From Tubulanus polymorphus (taxonomy: Eukaryota > Animalia > Nemertea): 64,000 nucleotides of DNA. Location: NCBI RefSeq assembly GCF_964204645.1, contig NC_134030.1, positions 9,637,222-9,701,221 on the forward strand, written 5' to 3'. This document shows, piece after piece, positions 1 through 14,800 of this stretch. Positions within the stretch are counted from its first letter, which is position 1. The number at the start of each line of letters is the position of its first letter. Under the pieces are notes generated by a model. The model was given only the letters and a program-made list of their open reading frames with translations, ran no database searches and was not told where the DNA came from. The position numbers and the translations under genes are program-made.

Positions 1-1123
1 TGTGAAACTGGGCCCTGGAAATATCTTTGAATTTTGACTAGGACGGGTTCTGTATAATTTGATTGAGAGTTTATCAAGATGTAACTGATAAAGATTATTA
101 AGACATCTGGCCTTCCGTAAAGGGGTATCAAACAAAATATATAATCATTTTATGTTATTTTCGGCGTGTAAAGCCACGTAGAAATATATTCGATTGGTAT
201 TGTTCGTTCCCAAAAATGAACATTTCCAAAAATCGTACGTGCCCGATAAAACGTTATCGGTCGTAATCATTTCTACGTAAACAGTTTATATTTTTCTCTA
301 AATCGTCGCAGGTATTTCGACTGAAAACCATATAATATTCCTTTTTCTAGATTCATCGGTTCATTTTTTTCTATTCACATCGGTATGCGTATATAACGCT
401 TCTTTTTCGAAGTAACTGGTTAACGTAACAATCAAAAGCTTTTTCAATTACGGTTTTCGATAGAACGATATTTCGATGGGCCACATTCGTCGACGATTCC
501 CCATTATGTCGTCGATCTTTTACGTCAAAGCCACGGCATGACATTCTGTCACAGTCACAGTGGTTCTTTTGTGTTAGATTTCGTCAGAAAACTGGATTGA
601 AAAAATACAATTGTTACACATGTTCACGTCGTTTTATGTATATAAAGTGATTATTTTTGTAATTCGAAAGAAAAATAACCACTAGATATACCTAGCGCCA
701 TATAGATCTGTCAGTCATTCCTCTGAACGAGTTTCAGTTTTCTAGTATTTTTGCGCGTTAAGATCCGCCGATTCATTCAAATAGCTGATGGAAGAGGTCA
801 GGGTTAAACAATAAACACGTGACCTAAAACAGCACTACACTACAATCCGAATTCGAATCCACATGCTCCAATCCAATGAGTATCCACACTTGAATTGCTG
901 ATATCGACGCTTGTCGAAAATAATACACACAGGGTCGGAGTCGGTCTAGGTGGGTCTATCACGAAAGAAGGCAAGCCCATACTTTTGTCTTAAGCAATCG
1001 CCACGCTTCAACGGTACCAGTAGTGTCCAAAAGGTAATAGATTAAATTTATAGTGTATGTCTATATACGTATGTTTATGTAATTTGCCCATCTATGTATG
1101 TATTCACACATGAATTATAATTT

Positions 1124-1990
1124 TGTAAAACTTTAAGATTCCTGAATCCTCCAAACAACCAAGATCAATCCGCAAAGAGACACGTTAGTTTACGAGTATG
1201 ATGATGATTCCAGTTTATTGACGATAGTGAAAGTGTCGAATCGAGAGTCAGATCGAGAGTGACCCCGAAAACATATTACAAATCCATTTTATACATTTCA
1301 ATGAAGTATAAACAAATACTGTGTAGTCATGGAGTTGGTCAACGACTGCCTGATCATGCTAATCGCGCATAATCTGTTTGACCATCTCCATGACTATAAT
1401 ACTAAGACTATAAGAAGCTTAACAAATATATAGTAAATACGGCTTATGCCTAACATAGCCCTCCCCTTTCTTAAAAGTTCGACTCGAACTTACAAATAAA
1501 AAAATTACATTAAAATGAAAGCATTATACAAGTTTTATAGTTGAGGAAAGGGGGGTTAAAAAAAAAGAATTTTAAATACAAAAAAAAAACAATTTACATA
1601 AACAAAAAAAAAGGTAATAATATAAAATACATATGTAGATAAAGATAACGAATATGCCAAATATAAAAGAAACTGAGTACCCAAAGACGGATGAAGTAAA
1701 TTAACGAAATAAGTAAACGTTAGTTTACGAGTATGATGATGATTCCAGTTTATTGACGATAGTGAAAGTGTCGAATCGAGAGTCAGATCGAGAGTGACCC
1801 CGAAAACATATTACAAATCCATTTTATACATTTCAATGAAGTATAAACAAATACTGTGTAGTCATGGAGTTGGTCAACGACTGCCTGATCATGCTAATCG
1901 CGCATAATCTGTTTGACCATCTCCATGACTATAATACTAAGACTATAAGAAGCTTAACAAATATATAGTAAATACGGCTTATGCCTAACA
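1124..1990 (-). mobile_element. Internally deleted LTR retrotransposon (Gypsy-like or TRIM-like): complete LTR 1124-1455, truncated LTR 1717-1990
   Basis: 274-bp direct repeat (1182-1455 = 1717-1990) with no mismatch seen by eye. The left copy extends to TG at 1124 and both copies end in CA. 4-bp TSD ATTT at 1120-1123 and 1991-1994. Minus-strand polypurine tract AAGAAAGGGGAGGG abuts the left LTR (~1459-1472). Minus-strand AATAAA lies inside the LTR. No coding sequence remains. Confidence 0.8.
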
Positions 1991-3244
1991 ATTTTGTAAT
2001 TTGTTTCTGCGCTCTAAGCAAATGTCTTTTTGTTGAGCAAAATAAACTAAACTAAAACTAAACTAAGGAAAATCGGGAGGCCGGCGTACGTGTAAGAAAA
2101 GGTTTTTTTCAGATAAAGCAGATCTGATGATATCGGTGAACTGATATCAATCTCATAAAAACCCACATTATATGTGTAGAAAAGTTTATTTTCTAACAGT
2201 TGCGGGATTATTTCTAAACTCCATCATCATCAGGTTGAAACGGTCTTTGTCGTGACGAGAAGAGCAACCCGAATGGGAAGGCCGGGGTCAGGAACCCCGA
2301 GACCGCCCCCCCCCAAAAAAATCCGTCCCTGTACGCAATCACACGATTTTCATCGCATGCAATTAATTCCCAGAACAAGAACACGTTTTGAGAAGTTGAG
2401 AGCAACATACAAAAATGCACCAGCCTCGTCAACACCGATAACTAACAACAGTGGGATTGAATTCACCTTTGTTTTACTTTCTGTTCTGTATCGCGGCGGC
2501 TCAGTTTATGTATCCCGTCGCTCGGGACGACATTCTCCTGGATAGTAAATGCCGTCGTTGTTAATAAAGGGTCTGTATTGACCCGGCTCATGTCATAGGC
2601 TACGTTACACGACGATTACACGGCATCCTATTGCAACCGTTGGAGAAACCTACTGAGGATAAACGTCGAAACTTCGAGGGTATGGACTGTAGATGTGTTT
2701 TTGCGTGTAGCGACTGCTGATGTACTTTTGAAGATTATCAGGGCGATGGGATAATTAAGGTAATGAAGTATACCTATCAACTCGTATGCTTTAGGTTATA
2801 CAGTGCGAGCATTGTTTGCAAATACTTATCTCCAAATTGAAGGGTGTTTCAGGCACTCGAAGTTTTATAGCGAATCGTAATCATCGTTTGTAACTAACTG
2901 TAACTTTATTTCTTCGGGGATTGAAGTGCGTCAATTTTGCGAAGGAAATACTTTACTGTTATTCCCTTTGATTAAAATGTAATTTGCGTCGACGATATTC
3001 GCGAGCTCGATGAAGTTCGGGTTCGTCGTAAGGTTAATCGCTTTCCAGAGCGCATTTTTCATTTCGTAGCTATCACGGCTATAGCCAGCTATTTGACATT
3101 AATTGATTTACATCATTATCACGATATGATATCATATCCGATCTTTATTCGTCGATGTATTATGATTACTCGTAATATGGCGTGCATAACGGTAATATCA
3201 CGGACGGCATAACGATGTACAAATATTGAATGTTTCGTTTCTCG

Positions 3245-3700
3245 TCAACGAGAAACCGCTGCCTTTCCCTTAACGTCCTTATGATATATTTCCCTGTTTC
3301 TCATGATTAGATTGTGAGATCTAGTGCCCAATAAATCTGTGAATTTGAATAGGGATAGATTTTGACTAAGATGTTGTTGGAGCAAAACGTACTTGCTGAG
3401 TCGTTCGCATACAGCATGATACAACGTGGTATTCATCCTCAATTTGGTTATTCTTACACAAAGCACTGATACCTTTCTTGGGGTCACTCGCCTGGCCCTT
3501 CTGCAACATAACTATAAGTAATGGTTTCTGCAGCGGAATTTACCGAGAAAATTGACCATTTGCCTGTTATGCAAATCGAGCTAATTTTCATATTGGAAAG
3601 TTTGTTTAAATGTTTTTGATAAAGGTAACACTTGGGGCTATTTCCCGTTGTTTGTACCCGTTTGTCACAACCGATAAATCAGTTGTTCTACGCTTTCTAA
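3245..3700 (-). mobile_element. Degenerate non-LTR retrotransposon (LINE) 3' fragment; related copy at ~19960-20400
   Basis: Minus strand reads NNQIEDEYHVV..C and ..FKFTDLL, resembling the Cys/His-rich C-terminus of LINE ORF2. Similar sequence (TTTCCCTGT..CTCA.GATTAGA.TGTG.GA.CTAGT..CAATAAATCTGT.AATTTGAATA) recurs near 19965. Confidence 0.55.
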
Positions 3701-5868
3701 AATCATATGAACACGTTATCAACTCACGTCAGAAATCACCCCAAGGGTTAAGAGTTTTTGTTGAGATGAAATAGATTTACACGAGAATTTTGCGGCCCAT
3801 AGGTAAAGCTTGTACTCAATATATTGAAACTGCGTAAGATCAAGAAAAAAGTTCCCCACAGTGATAATAATACGTATTCATAATTTCACCATTTCCACCT
3901 ACGCATGTAGATTAAGTGGCTACGCTCGTGATGCAAACATTCCTGCCACTGTACTACCATATTGTCTTACGCACATTGAGTTCTAGTCAATTTTTGCATC
4001 CGTAGAACAATAACTTTATTCTATGAAAGAAAAGGCTCGACGTAAAATGGGCATGTTTTTAGACTATAACTTTCGTCTCTCGAAACGCGGGTCAAATTGC
4101 AGCCAACAAGATCTATTCGGCCCCAAACTGCCACTGTTTTTATATTTGGTTTTTAATACGCGGAAAGCCACAATAGTAATATCTTTATCTACGAAAACCC
4201 GCGGGCGCTCTAGCGTAATGTCGAAATCTTGGCTCGCTCTGAGCGATCATTGACGGACGCGTAAATGAACGGGACGCGCGCTCGAGAGCATAGATCTTTC
4301 TGAACGTAGCGCGGACTTCGGAATTACATCGTAGACTTAGCAACTGCGTGAAGTTAGTTTCATTTTTCGAGTGATGGAAAAAGCTCAATAAGATGGTGAG
4401 TTTTACTCGGCTTCCGGCTTATTTTCCATCGCCAGATGAGATTTCTCCTAAAATTCCTCCAATAAATTTCCGAATAATTTCCAAACCGCGACTCAGTTAT
4501 TTTGGAAAAAAAGAATATTATTTGAATATCAAAGCGAAGCGTAAAATGGAACCGTATCTTTCGTTGCTGCTTTATGACTATTTTCTAAGGTGGTCAGAAG
4601 TATATCTTCGATATTCAACATTCGGAGAATACTTTCGAATTTTGGTAATATAGTTTCGGATATGATTTACTTTACGAGTTAGTATATGATTAACAAAAAT
4701 GTACACGGTATATCATACGCAATTTCTTAATTCTAAACTATTGTCTTTTTGTACTTTGAAATGTTCGAAATTATTATAGGCATAACGGTATCATAGCAAA
4801 GTCAAAATGCCCTATGTCGTCCACTAGTCGTACGCTATGTTAATTGCTTTATTGACAAAGATAATTTCAATACTACTAAAAGGCCCTCATGAGCGAAATC
4901 CATTAGGCGTCAAGTGCGTTTATTTTGCAATTTACCCGAGTCCTAAGAAACGGCAACTGTTTTCAGTGTATAGATTTCTTCATGCGAGAAGATCTCCAGT
5001 GTTTATTTCCTCTTACGAAGCCCCCGACGAGTGTGCCTTGCCAATGGTCTCGAGGTGATGCGTAGGTCGGCTCGCCCGTTTACGATTATTGTCCGAATAT
5101 TTTAGAGCACCGACGCACCCCGGGTGGGAATGGGTCTTGTGAGAAATAGCAGGGTATTCATTTGTGTTGAGGGTTTTGTCGGTTTACCGATTAATACGAT
5201 ATTTCTTGATTTAGATAGAATGCACCGAAATGTATATCTACATTATATGTTGATTTTATTCGAATATCTTCTTTCGACACATATATGTATTTCGACCTAT
5301 AAGCAAAAACCGGCGGTATTAATTCACACAATATTTGATACAATATCTATAAAAAGAAAAACCGTCAATGTACGTCTCTATTGTGGCCATTTAAGCAAAT
5401 CGTACCGATTAAATTGGAATGTTCCAATTTCGCTGAAGGGAAGTTGTTTTTTTTAATGAGATAACGAACTTTTTAATGGTATAATGCGCGCGCTAGTTCG
5501 TGCTTTGATTCATCGTCGTTGTCGTTCATTATACAGGTGTGGGTATTCAAGACTCGTTCGGGGAACATATTCTTCGATGTTTCTTTTTCAATAGCTTTGA
5601 ATACCCGCCATATTCGACGCGATGATCGCGTCTACACAAATAAATCATGCGAATTAATGCATCGATGACAAACATTTTTTCCTATTACGTATTATACATT
5701 TACCATTTAACCAGATCCTAATCACAAAACCTGCCCTAACCATCTGTATAGTTCCCAAAACCGCATTCCTTTCAATGAAATGGCGTTCGAGTCTTGTTAT
5801 CAATTCCGGATATCGTTTCTTTCTCGTTGCAGGCTAATCCTTCATCGACGAACCCGAATCCGATCGTA

Positions 5869-8800
5869 ATGACACAGGAAAAAGACCAGAAAGAGCCGAA
5901 GGCGCCTTCGCCGGCTATGGAGGAAAAATCGAAGTAGGTTAAGATTACTAACGTTCGAACGTTGGAGTAAGCAGACTGATAACTCCTTGGAGTAATAATT
6001 TCAAATGATTACTGCAAATTCTTATTTACTATTTATTTTTTTCAATCATTTCAAATGATTACTCCAAGATTACTCCAAGCTCTAACATACAAGCACGCAT
6101 AACGTTTAGACGAATAACATGGAATGACTCTTCAAACAACGTAGGATTCGTATATTCGATGTAATAAGACATAATTTAGATACGGAGATTCTACTTCAAT
6201 GATTGCATTTTCCACCTGATGATAGAATCCAGTAACTCATTCGAAAAGACATTCTCACAATTAAGACTTTTTTGATATGAACATTTTAGTCCAAATCGGG
6301 GTATAGGACTTCTTCAGTAACCATAATTGTGTTTTCGTTACACTCTTGGTGCTCTGATTTCATTCGTCAGTTTATTAATTGTGTGCTTGATGTGTGAGTG
6401 CGATGAATGTAATATGGATGATTTGGGTGAGGCCCAGATAGACTGTTTCAGTCGCTCCGTATAGCCTCCATTATTCTGCTTCATTTTTCTTCCTTATTCT
6501 ATATGTATAACATCATCCAATAATGTGACACTTTTATGAAAATGAATTTCAATTTCAATGTTATTCTCACGGATTAAGCGAAAATCAGGAATACGTTCTA
6601 GAAGGAACGCTATCTTACAACATAGGATTGATAGGTAATGGAACATATTGTTATAGTTTACACTACAAAGCCTAGTAAATGTATTGAACACAAGACGCAT
6701 AACATCATGTCCCATTAATCAACATTATTATGCCGTTCGGCCGGTGAAAAAATACTCGCGTCGTGGCTTTGACTTCGTGGCGCATATTAAAAGCGTTTTG
6801 AAGTCAAGTTTTGCCTACGCAGATCAAAGATATAAATGCCTTATATCAAAGTATTTTTACATGTGTGTGTTCCTTCGTTCTGATTCTGCTGTATAGAAAG
6901 AACGTTTTTAAGAAAAACGGCTGAAACATTCTCTTGTTGACCGATATTCCTAATTTCCATACACCTTGAGCTATTGTTCATACAAATGGTATGTTCTATT
7001 CAATTCTTCTCTTTTTTTCTAGGGCTGCTTATTCTCGTTTGTACACGCTAACTGTTGCTTCAAAGCAGTCCTTCATTTAATACTATAACAGCCTTAATGT
7101 ATATTGTTTATTCATTAATCCTGTTGGAATTTCATATAGAAAAAATCATATCGTATCAAACCAATGTGTAGGGACTCGGTTAGCGGCGTGATGTAGGATA
7201 AGGCCACATAAAATCCTAAATCAATTCAGTTTTTTTTGCTCCATTCATACGTATTCTATACTTCGTTATCTAAAGACTATTAGAAATACATCGATTGGGC
7301 TTCCACAGCAATACACTCGTAGTAGAATCTAATCGATTCGCCACGCAGTTGCCGTCGGTAATTCTTTTTTACTCAGTAGACAATATCGATTTTTGACAGA
7401 CATTTCATGTCGTGAATCTTCGGCGTGTGACATATTTCGGTTGGTCTTTTTAATTATTCGGATTAGCGGGTAGCTGTGGGGGTAAATAAAATCTCTGCCG
7501 CGCAGACCGTGCGCTGTTTTGCGGGCATTTCCTACGTCGGTGTGTTGATCGCATTAGTTTCGGATTAATCGGTTGACGACGTGCCCCCGAAGCCGGTAAT
7601 GGCGTCGCGTTAGCGGCGTAATTCCGCTGTATCAACAGTTGCAGGAGATACAGCCGATCGATTCGAGATTATGCGCCGATGAAACGAACGCTAGCGCAGG
7701 TCTCGTATATTCGACCGGTCGTGACGAGCGCATTTCCGGAGCAATTATCGTTCGAATTACGAGACGTCATTTTCTCGATGATTAGCACCAGTCTGAGTGT
7801 GTTCGTCGTCGTGGCGGACTTCTTAAAATAGATCTAACGAAACGAATATTTCATGAACTTACACGTCTCAAGATGTACTCCAAAATGGACGAGTTTCCTT
7901 AGATTGGTCTACCGACAAGATAGAGCCAGGTACACGTACACGGTTCAACATGCGTTGCAGCGATGAAAGGAAGACGTGTCTTTGTATTTGGTTACTTTGT
8001 TTACTTATGCCTATGGCTCATCCTAGAGCATAGGCCATCAAATAAGTCAACTCTGGTTTCTTCTGTCTCTACCTGTGTTTTCTACTTGGTGGTTCCACGT
8101 GAGGCCCATGTTTTTCAGGTTTTTAAGAAGATCTCGTCATCACGTCGGTATCGGTATTTTTTTCCATTTTGGAGGGTAACACCCCTTCAAGATATAAGCT
8201 GCGATCACACGAGAGTATCTTTGGCCCGACCAAAACCGCCGAACCAGGCCCGAGCAAAATTTTAGTGAGTTACAATTGAAAATTTGCGTTGATCTACTTC
8301 CCTAACGTCTCCGAGATATACCGTTATTATTGATCAGTGACGCTTTAGGTGACATACCTTCCAGTGATAAGTGATAAGAGCTCATTGGTTCCCCGACCGC
8401 ATAGCGAGATTCTCTAGATAAGTCATGTAATTCGTAAATTCCCTTATTCGTTAGTTCGCGTACTGGATATATGGATATTCTATGTAATGGCTGACGAGTT
8501 TTCAAAATTGATGACAAGTCTAGGAACACGAACATTAGATGGTTTGTCGTAAGTAGGCAGTCGTGAATATATATATTGCATGGCACACGCTAAACGATTG
8601 CGTCATAGTTTTTCCAAATTTCGGAAAAAGACTTAAAACGAAAAATGTGCTCGGCAAAAAATCTGCCACGAAACCGCTGCAATAGGTGAACATTTGAACC
8701 GTAGACGTAAATACGTAAATGTGACCGAAGCAAGTTTTAGAAGTTGACACGCTAGCCGGTGGAATCAATATTCGTTAAGTCGAGACTGATTTATCAAATA

Positions 8801-11800
8801 TTGATTCTCAACTCTGTCGGCGTTAATCAAAAGTCAATATGCAGAGCTAACCGAATACGATGTTAGTAGATGGAAAGTCTAAATGGGAAAATTCAATAAC
8901 GATCGTTTCTCTGACATCGTCGCCTGACCACGAGGAAAGCAATTATCATCGGAGTTCAAAATATCGAATCTTAATCGTTGAAGGCAACAGTCATTTTGTA
9001 TTATTCAGACGTACACGTCGCTCTGGCAGCAGCCACAACTAATTAAACTTACATCATCGCTTCTCGAACTTCATTATCTTAATGCGTCTCCTGGTATCAA
9101 TATATGATAACGTAATTCGTTCATTCTCTAACGTTTTCTTTGTAACGCATATTTTGTTCTATATAGATGCTCCACCTCTGTAGCGGACGAAGAAATCACC
9201 GACGAAACCCAGCAGATGTCACGCATGGACTTGTACATAGACATACCTAGTCCTGAAAACATTTTACCCCATATTGATCTAATAAAAAGGTTAACTCACT
9301 AACCACTCACTCAAATTTAGAATCTCTACTTCACTTACGACTTCTCAAAAATGGAATTCTTAATTTCCAGCACGCACTTAATGAACACATTAATTGGCAT
9401 TGTTTTTAACTACTTATGCACATATCGTTACGTCACGCGTTCGTGTGTAAACAAATACCAAAGCGTTTAGCGTGATCTATATGTGAGTGATAAAAATGTC
9501 TCGCCTTCTTGTCATGCATGTCCTATCAGCATTTACGTACGCGTTATCCTTTGCAAATGGATTGATCTACATTACTTTCAGGGCACGTCGTCATATAATG
9601 CAAATTTGAATAGTTTGTAAATACATGTATATATCATACCATCGTGTTGCTACGCATTTGAACCCATGGTCTTATTTTGAAATATTCCGTATAAGGTTTA
9701 ATATGTATAGTTATCATTTTATGGTAAAATACTCATTATACTACTTGTAGGCAATAGCCTTACATGCCTATTTACACAGTTTAACATATCGTCGATGATA
9801 GAGTTGGAACACGAAAATTTCATTTATAATGTTGCAATATTGTTAAGGTCATAGACGGACAATTTCAAACTTTGGAAATGATTTTGATAACGACGCTACA
9901 AGTTGATTACACCGTCAACACGGTGTTTGTCGCATGGCTTTGGTTAGCAAAGTAAAGTATTCGACACTCAAAGTTCTTCTTATCTATTTCATTCGTTGAT
10001 GAATTCAAATGTTGGCGCGGATCGTGTATGGCTGATCGATTTCATAATGAATTACAATTGATGAACCTTTCCGTATTTTTTTACAGAATGATTATGGAAG
10101 TAACACCGCAGAAGAAAGGCGGCACCTTTCACTTCCCATGGGGAGGCGGTATTGTAGTGCCGTTCGGGCTGTTCGGGAAGAAAGAGAGCATCGTAGCTAA
10201 GATGATCGCTCCCTCGGAACGCCACTTGCATATTCCAAAAATGAGACCAGACGAGAAACTCCTTAGCGAGGTTAGATTGACAAATTTACATAAAAGTAGT
10301 TGAACACTTAAAACCTATTTTCCCTGGGTAATATAGTTCTCTAGACTGGTGATCAACAACTCGGGTTTTCTCTAATGACATCATTCTGGGATTCCGATCG
10401 GGTGTTGGTGCCTGCCCTTGACTCGGTTCAGCAGGTTATTCCAAACATCAGAGGAAACCCCAGTTGGTGAACAAGTCTAGATAACTAGATGAATGCTCCA
10501 GTAGGTTAAGCTTTAGCATCCATTAAAAATTAATTTAAATGGTTCAACTATAACAAGAAACCGGGATAGAAGAATCTGCACAATTCTATGTTTAATATAA
10601 TATGCTTTAAATATATTATGTAATGCTTTTGCATTCTTGAAATTGGATATACGTAATGATGTACGCGCGCAAATTCTCTGCATTCTGCTCTTAAAGTACG
10701 CATGATCAGCATAAATAAGACTTTGTTTTGTGTCACTGGGTTATTCATAGATGAAATATCAATGATTTATTCATCCAATGCGATTTATGTCATTATGCCA
10801 TCTGTATCGATCATGTAACCGCGCGACATCCGCCTCCGACAGTGCCACACTACGGCACAATACTCACCCGCAATACCACACGTACGCACGTTCATAGAGT
10901 CTTTTTTAAATCATTTCAAAAATAAATTTCATATTGCAATATGCTTAGTTGCTATGCTATGCTCATTAGCTGTTATTGCTATGATGCTACGAAATCATAG
11001 TGACTTTTCATGCTGTCATCGAAATACAAACCAATGCATACGGGATATAAAAGCAGGGTGGATCCGGGATTAGACATAGCGGGATTCCGAGGTAAATGTT
11101 AATCAGCTATGTAGCAACTTTTCGGGAGATTTCTTTTTTGGGGGTTAGGAATTTGAAAAATAAAAGCCTCCAGATGCATTTTCCTGCATTAAACCAGTTA
11201 ACGAGATTAACATTTAGTGACGGAGGCGTTACTACTGATTTGGAATAGCAGTGTTAAAAGAAAAATAATTTTTTTCAGAGGGGAGGGGATTCCACCTGAC
11301 ACCCGGAATCCCCTCCTGGATATATCCTGCATATGAATGACGTAGCATTTCGAATTCGTTTTGTAGGTTTATCTGATCGCTTCAAAGAACTACACGTTCA
11401 AGAAAGGCCTGACGATCGAAATTCCCGTGTATGACGAAGATCTGACACTTTTCGAAATGAGACTCATGTTTAAAAAGAATGGATCTGAAGAGGATTGGAC
11501 ACAATTGGATTTCACCTTTAACGTAAGCTCCTAAAAAACGTACCTAGTCGCGTAACTACTTTCAACTGATTAAACTGGTTTTTTCCGAGTTGGCTATCTC
11601 GGAGTAAAACTCTAGAACTTTTTTTGACGCCATGAAAACCGTAACAATAATGTTTATATACATTGATGGAATGAGTTATCTAAGGGGTACTGTTTGAGTC
11701 GATGTGCACTGCATCATCAATATTATCGTAATAATTACGATTGTGAATTTTGGTAGGTTATTTTGTAATTGAAAATAATTCATAGTATCTAACTTTGATA

Positions 11801-14800
11801 ATCCTTTTTGAGAAGATGTGTACTACGTCATCAATATATTGGGGCTAGACTGGTTGCCGATCAATGCAATTCAATTAGATATATCCAAGCTCTGAATAAC
11901 TTTATTGATCCTAAATGTTATATGATGTTCTATCATATGAAATGAAATTCCATTCAATTTTTTTCTAGAGTCGGTGAGATAATCAGTTTGAATAGATCAA
12001 TTGATTTAAAGCCCATTTCATCGGAATTTAACACCTAGATTATTATGCCTTGATGGATGATTGGTTATAAAATCCGATAGAAAGAGCGAAAAACTGGTAC
12101 TGTTACGCGGTTCATTCCTTTTGTCTTATATCCGCATTCTCATCGACAGGCTAATTCGAAAAACGTCAGTTTGATCACCGATAGCCTGGGGATGTTTGTC
12201 GTGACGTCACGGCCAAAAGCTGAACGATTCGAAGTGTCGCCGAACGGAATACTGTACAACGCCAAAATCAACCATCTGATCACTGTCCGATTCCCGAAAA
12301 AGACCGTCGACAAGCCGATGAACTGCGAAATACAAGTAAGTATAGAGATCTCGCACGTGTGAAGCAAAGTCGCTTCATACATGAAGGAGTTGCTGATAAC
12401 TTATTGATTATCACTACAAGTATATATGACTTAAAAACTCTCTAGTGGGCGAATGTTTTTTGAATGGTGTTGAAGCATTTTTTGCTTTTTGTTCACTTTT
12501 ATCAAAGTTCTTAAGCGAGCGCTACTTTCAAACGACTGTATGACCGCTTCCTTTCAACACAGTAAGACATCTCTAGAGCGTACTGATGCAGGTTGAGCAG
12601 TCAGCAGGTTTGACTTGTGGAAATCGAAGTTATGAGTCTGGCACCTGTCAGGCGACCACCCTTGAAAAATCATCGATTACATCGTCCAGCCCCATTTGAC
12701 AACGACAGTGAAAGAGTTTTTTAATATCGATATTTCTATCACGCACCGATTGTGTTTGACCAATGAATTATATCAATTGACGATACTTTAATCATGAATT
12801 AAGATACTTCCTCAATGTACTAAATTTGACAACAAAACTACCAATGCAGCAAACAAAAGTCGAAAATATTTACAATAAGTGAATGACCCCCGCACGGTTC
12901 CCACTTATGAAACTCTGAAAAAAATGCTCATTGATGATGAAAAGTCCATTAAAACACAATTTCGACCTAAATACATATTGTACACTCAATATAGATAAGA
13001 ATATGAAGAATACCTATGATAGCAACATAATTTGGATACAAATATCAAACACATGCTCGGGTATGATTGAAAGGACAACCCCAAGCCGAAGGGTGAACTA
13101 ACCAGATATAAATGTTTTGTTTGTATGCATTTACTCTCTTATATATAGCCTGTCGTATGCATTCGGTGAAATGAATTTGAACATTATGATGAAAATGCAT
13201 TTTTTGCTAAATAAAATGATATCGCATTTTTTAGATTCACAAAATACCACACGAAAAGATCGAACTCGCTAAACAGTTGTACGGTAGCGAATGCAACGAC
13301 GTGCTTTCGATATCCGAGTTTTACGACGTGCAATGCCCCGACGAGTTCTATCGGGAATTTCGTCGAGCCGTGTCCATCAAGATACCACTCCTACGACACA
13401 GCGACAGCGCCGATATCGAACAGGCGACGACGCTAGATGGCGAATGCGTCGACCGACCGGGAACCGGGCAGACGGAAGAAGACCTTGAGGGAATGGCGGT
13501 TATGCAGAAAAAGAAGGACGGATGGGAACTCGTCGAAAGCAATTTGAAATTCACACGGTCGACGATTACCTTCGATACAAAAGCACTGGGCCGGTAAGCG
13601 AATGTATACCTTTTAGATATAGAATATAACAGTGGAACCTCGTTACAGCGAACCTCAAGGGACGAGAAAATAAGTTCGTCATTGGAACAATTGCATTATC
13701 TTTTTTTTTTCATATGAAGTTTATGATCAAAAATACCAATACACGAATACAGTATACACACTAGCAAAGCGTCAATCTGACATTTTATGCCGTGTTGAAT
13801 AAAAATAGTTTTACATAATATATTGTCACGATGTTTTGAAATATAAAAATACAACAGAGTGTTAGTTGTGTCATTTACGGGTTAAGGTGGTTGTTTTCTG
13901 TGCTCATATTTCCAGGGACGGGGTAAATATTCATTACATATTATTCAGATTTTTCCGAATGAAATTGGCAGTATTTGATTTTTACTTATTGTTCGACATT
14001 GTTCGAAGTTGAGATATTTGTCGCCATGAAGAAGAAAAAAGCATTTTGATTTGATATTAAGGGTGTCAGATATACTGAAAAGATTGTTCTGTTCAAAAAA
14101 GAGATAGAGTTGGAGAATTGCAGTTATTGCATGATTGCGTTTGTATTGTTCGGTAAAAGCGACAGTTTGTTTTAAGAAATCCTTAAAATTGTCCTTTTGG
14201 AATGAAATCCTATGTTCGTAATAACCGATGAATGCTAGTCTATCCAAGGCCGTATTAACGAGGTTCCACTATACGAATGTCGATATACTTTATGGATGTA
14301 ATTTGTCATGTATATTCAATTTAGATTCTGTATCGTGCGATGCAAGCCCGGTCGCAAACCCAGACTGAAATTTGCGCTACCGCATATAGAAAGCCTACAA
14401 GAGAAAATACGAGGGGAAATACTGACTTTCGTGCATATACAACCGAAACTATGGCGAATGCTGTTCGAAGTTGTCGATTCCGAACTAGAGGACATTATCA
14501 CTACCGAACGAACAGAAGCCGGTTGGAAGCGCGTCCCGAAAATACAAAGACCGCCGGAAATCAACGACGAACCCGAATTCCAATCGAGACGAATGCGACG
14601 ACACCGCGCATCGATCGCTTCGAATTCGGACTCGCAATCGAACGAAACCGACGCGTTGGCGTTGGTGAACGGTTCCACGTTCATGGTGGCCCTCGGCAAC
14701 GGTATACAGATACGCGAGAATACCCCCGATGAGCGGAAACTTCTTCAATTTCACCAAAAAATGACCGACAACTATACGTACTTCGAGGTCGTACCGGATG

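Noticed and set aside
2652-2680. CTGAGGA...CGAAAC hammerhead-like string
   Set aside because: No convincing stem II or helix I pairing.
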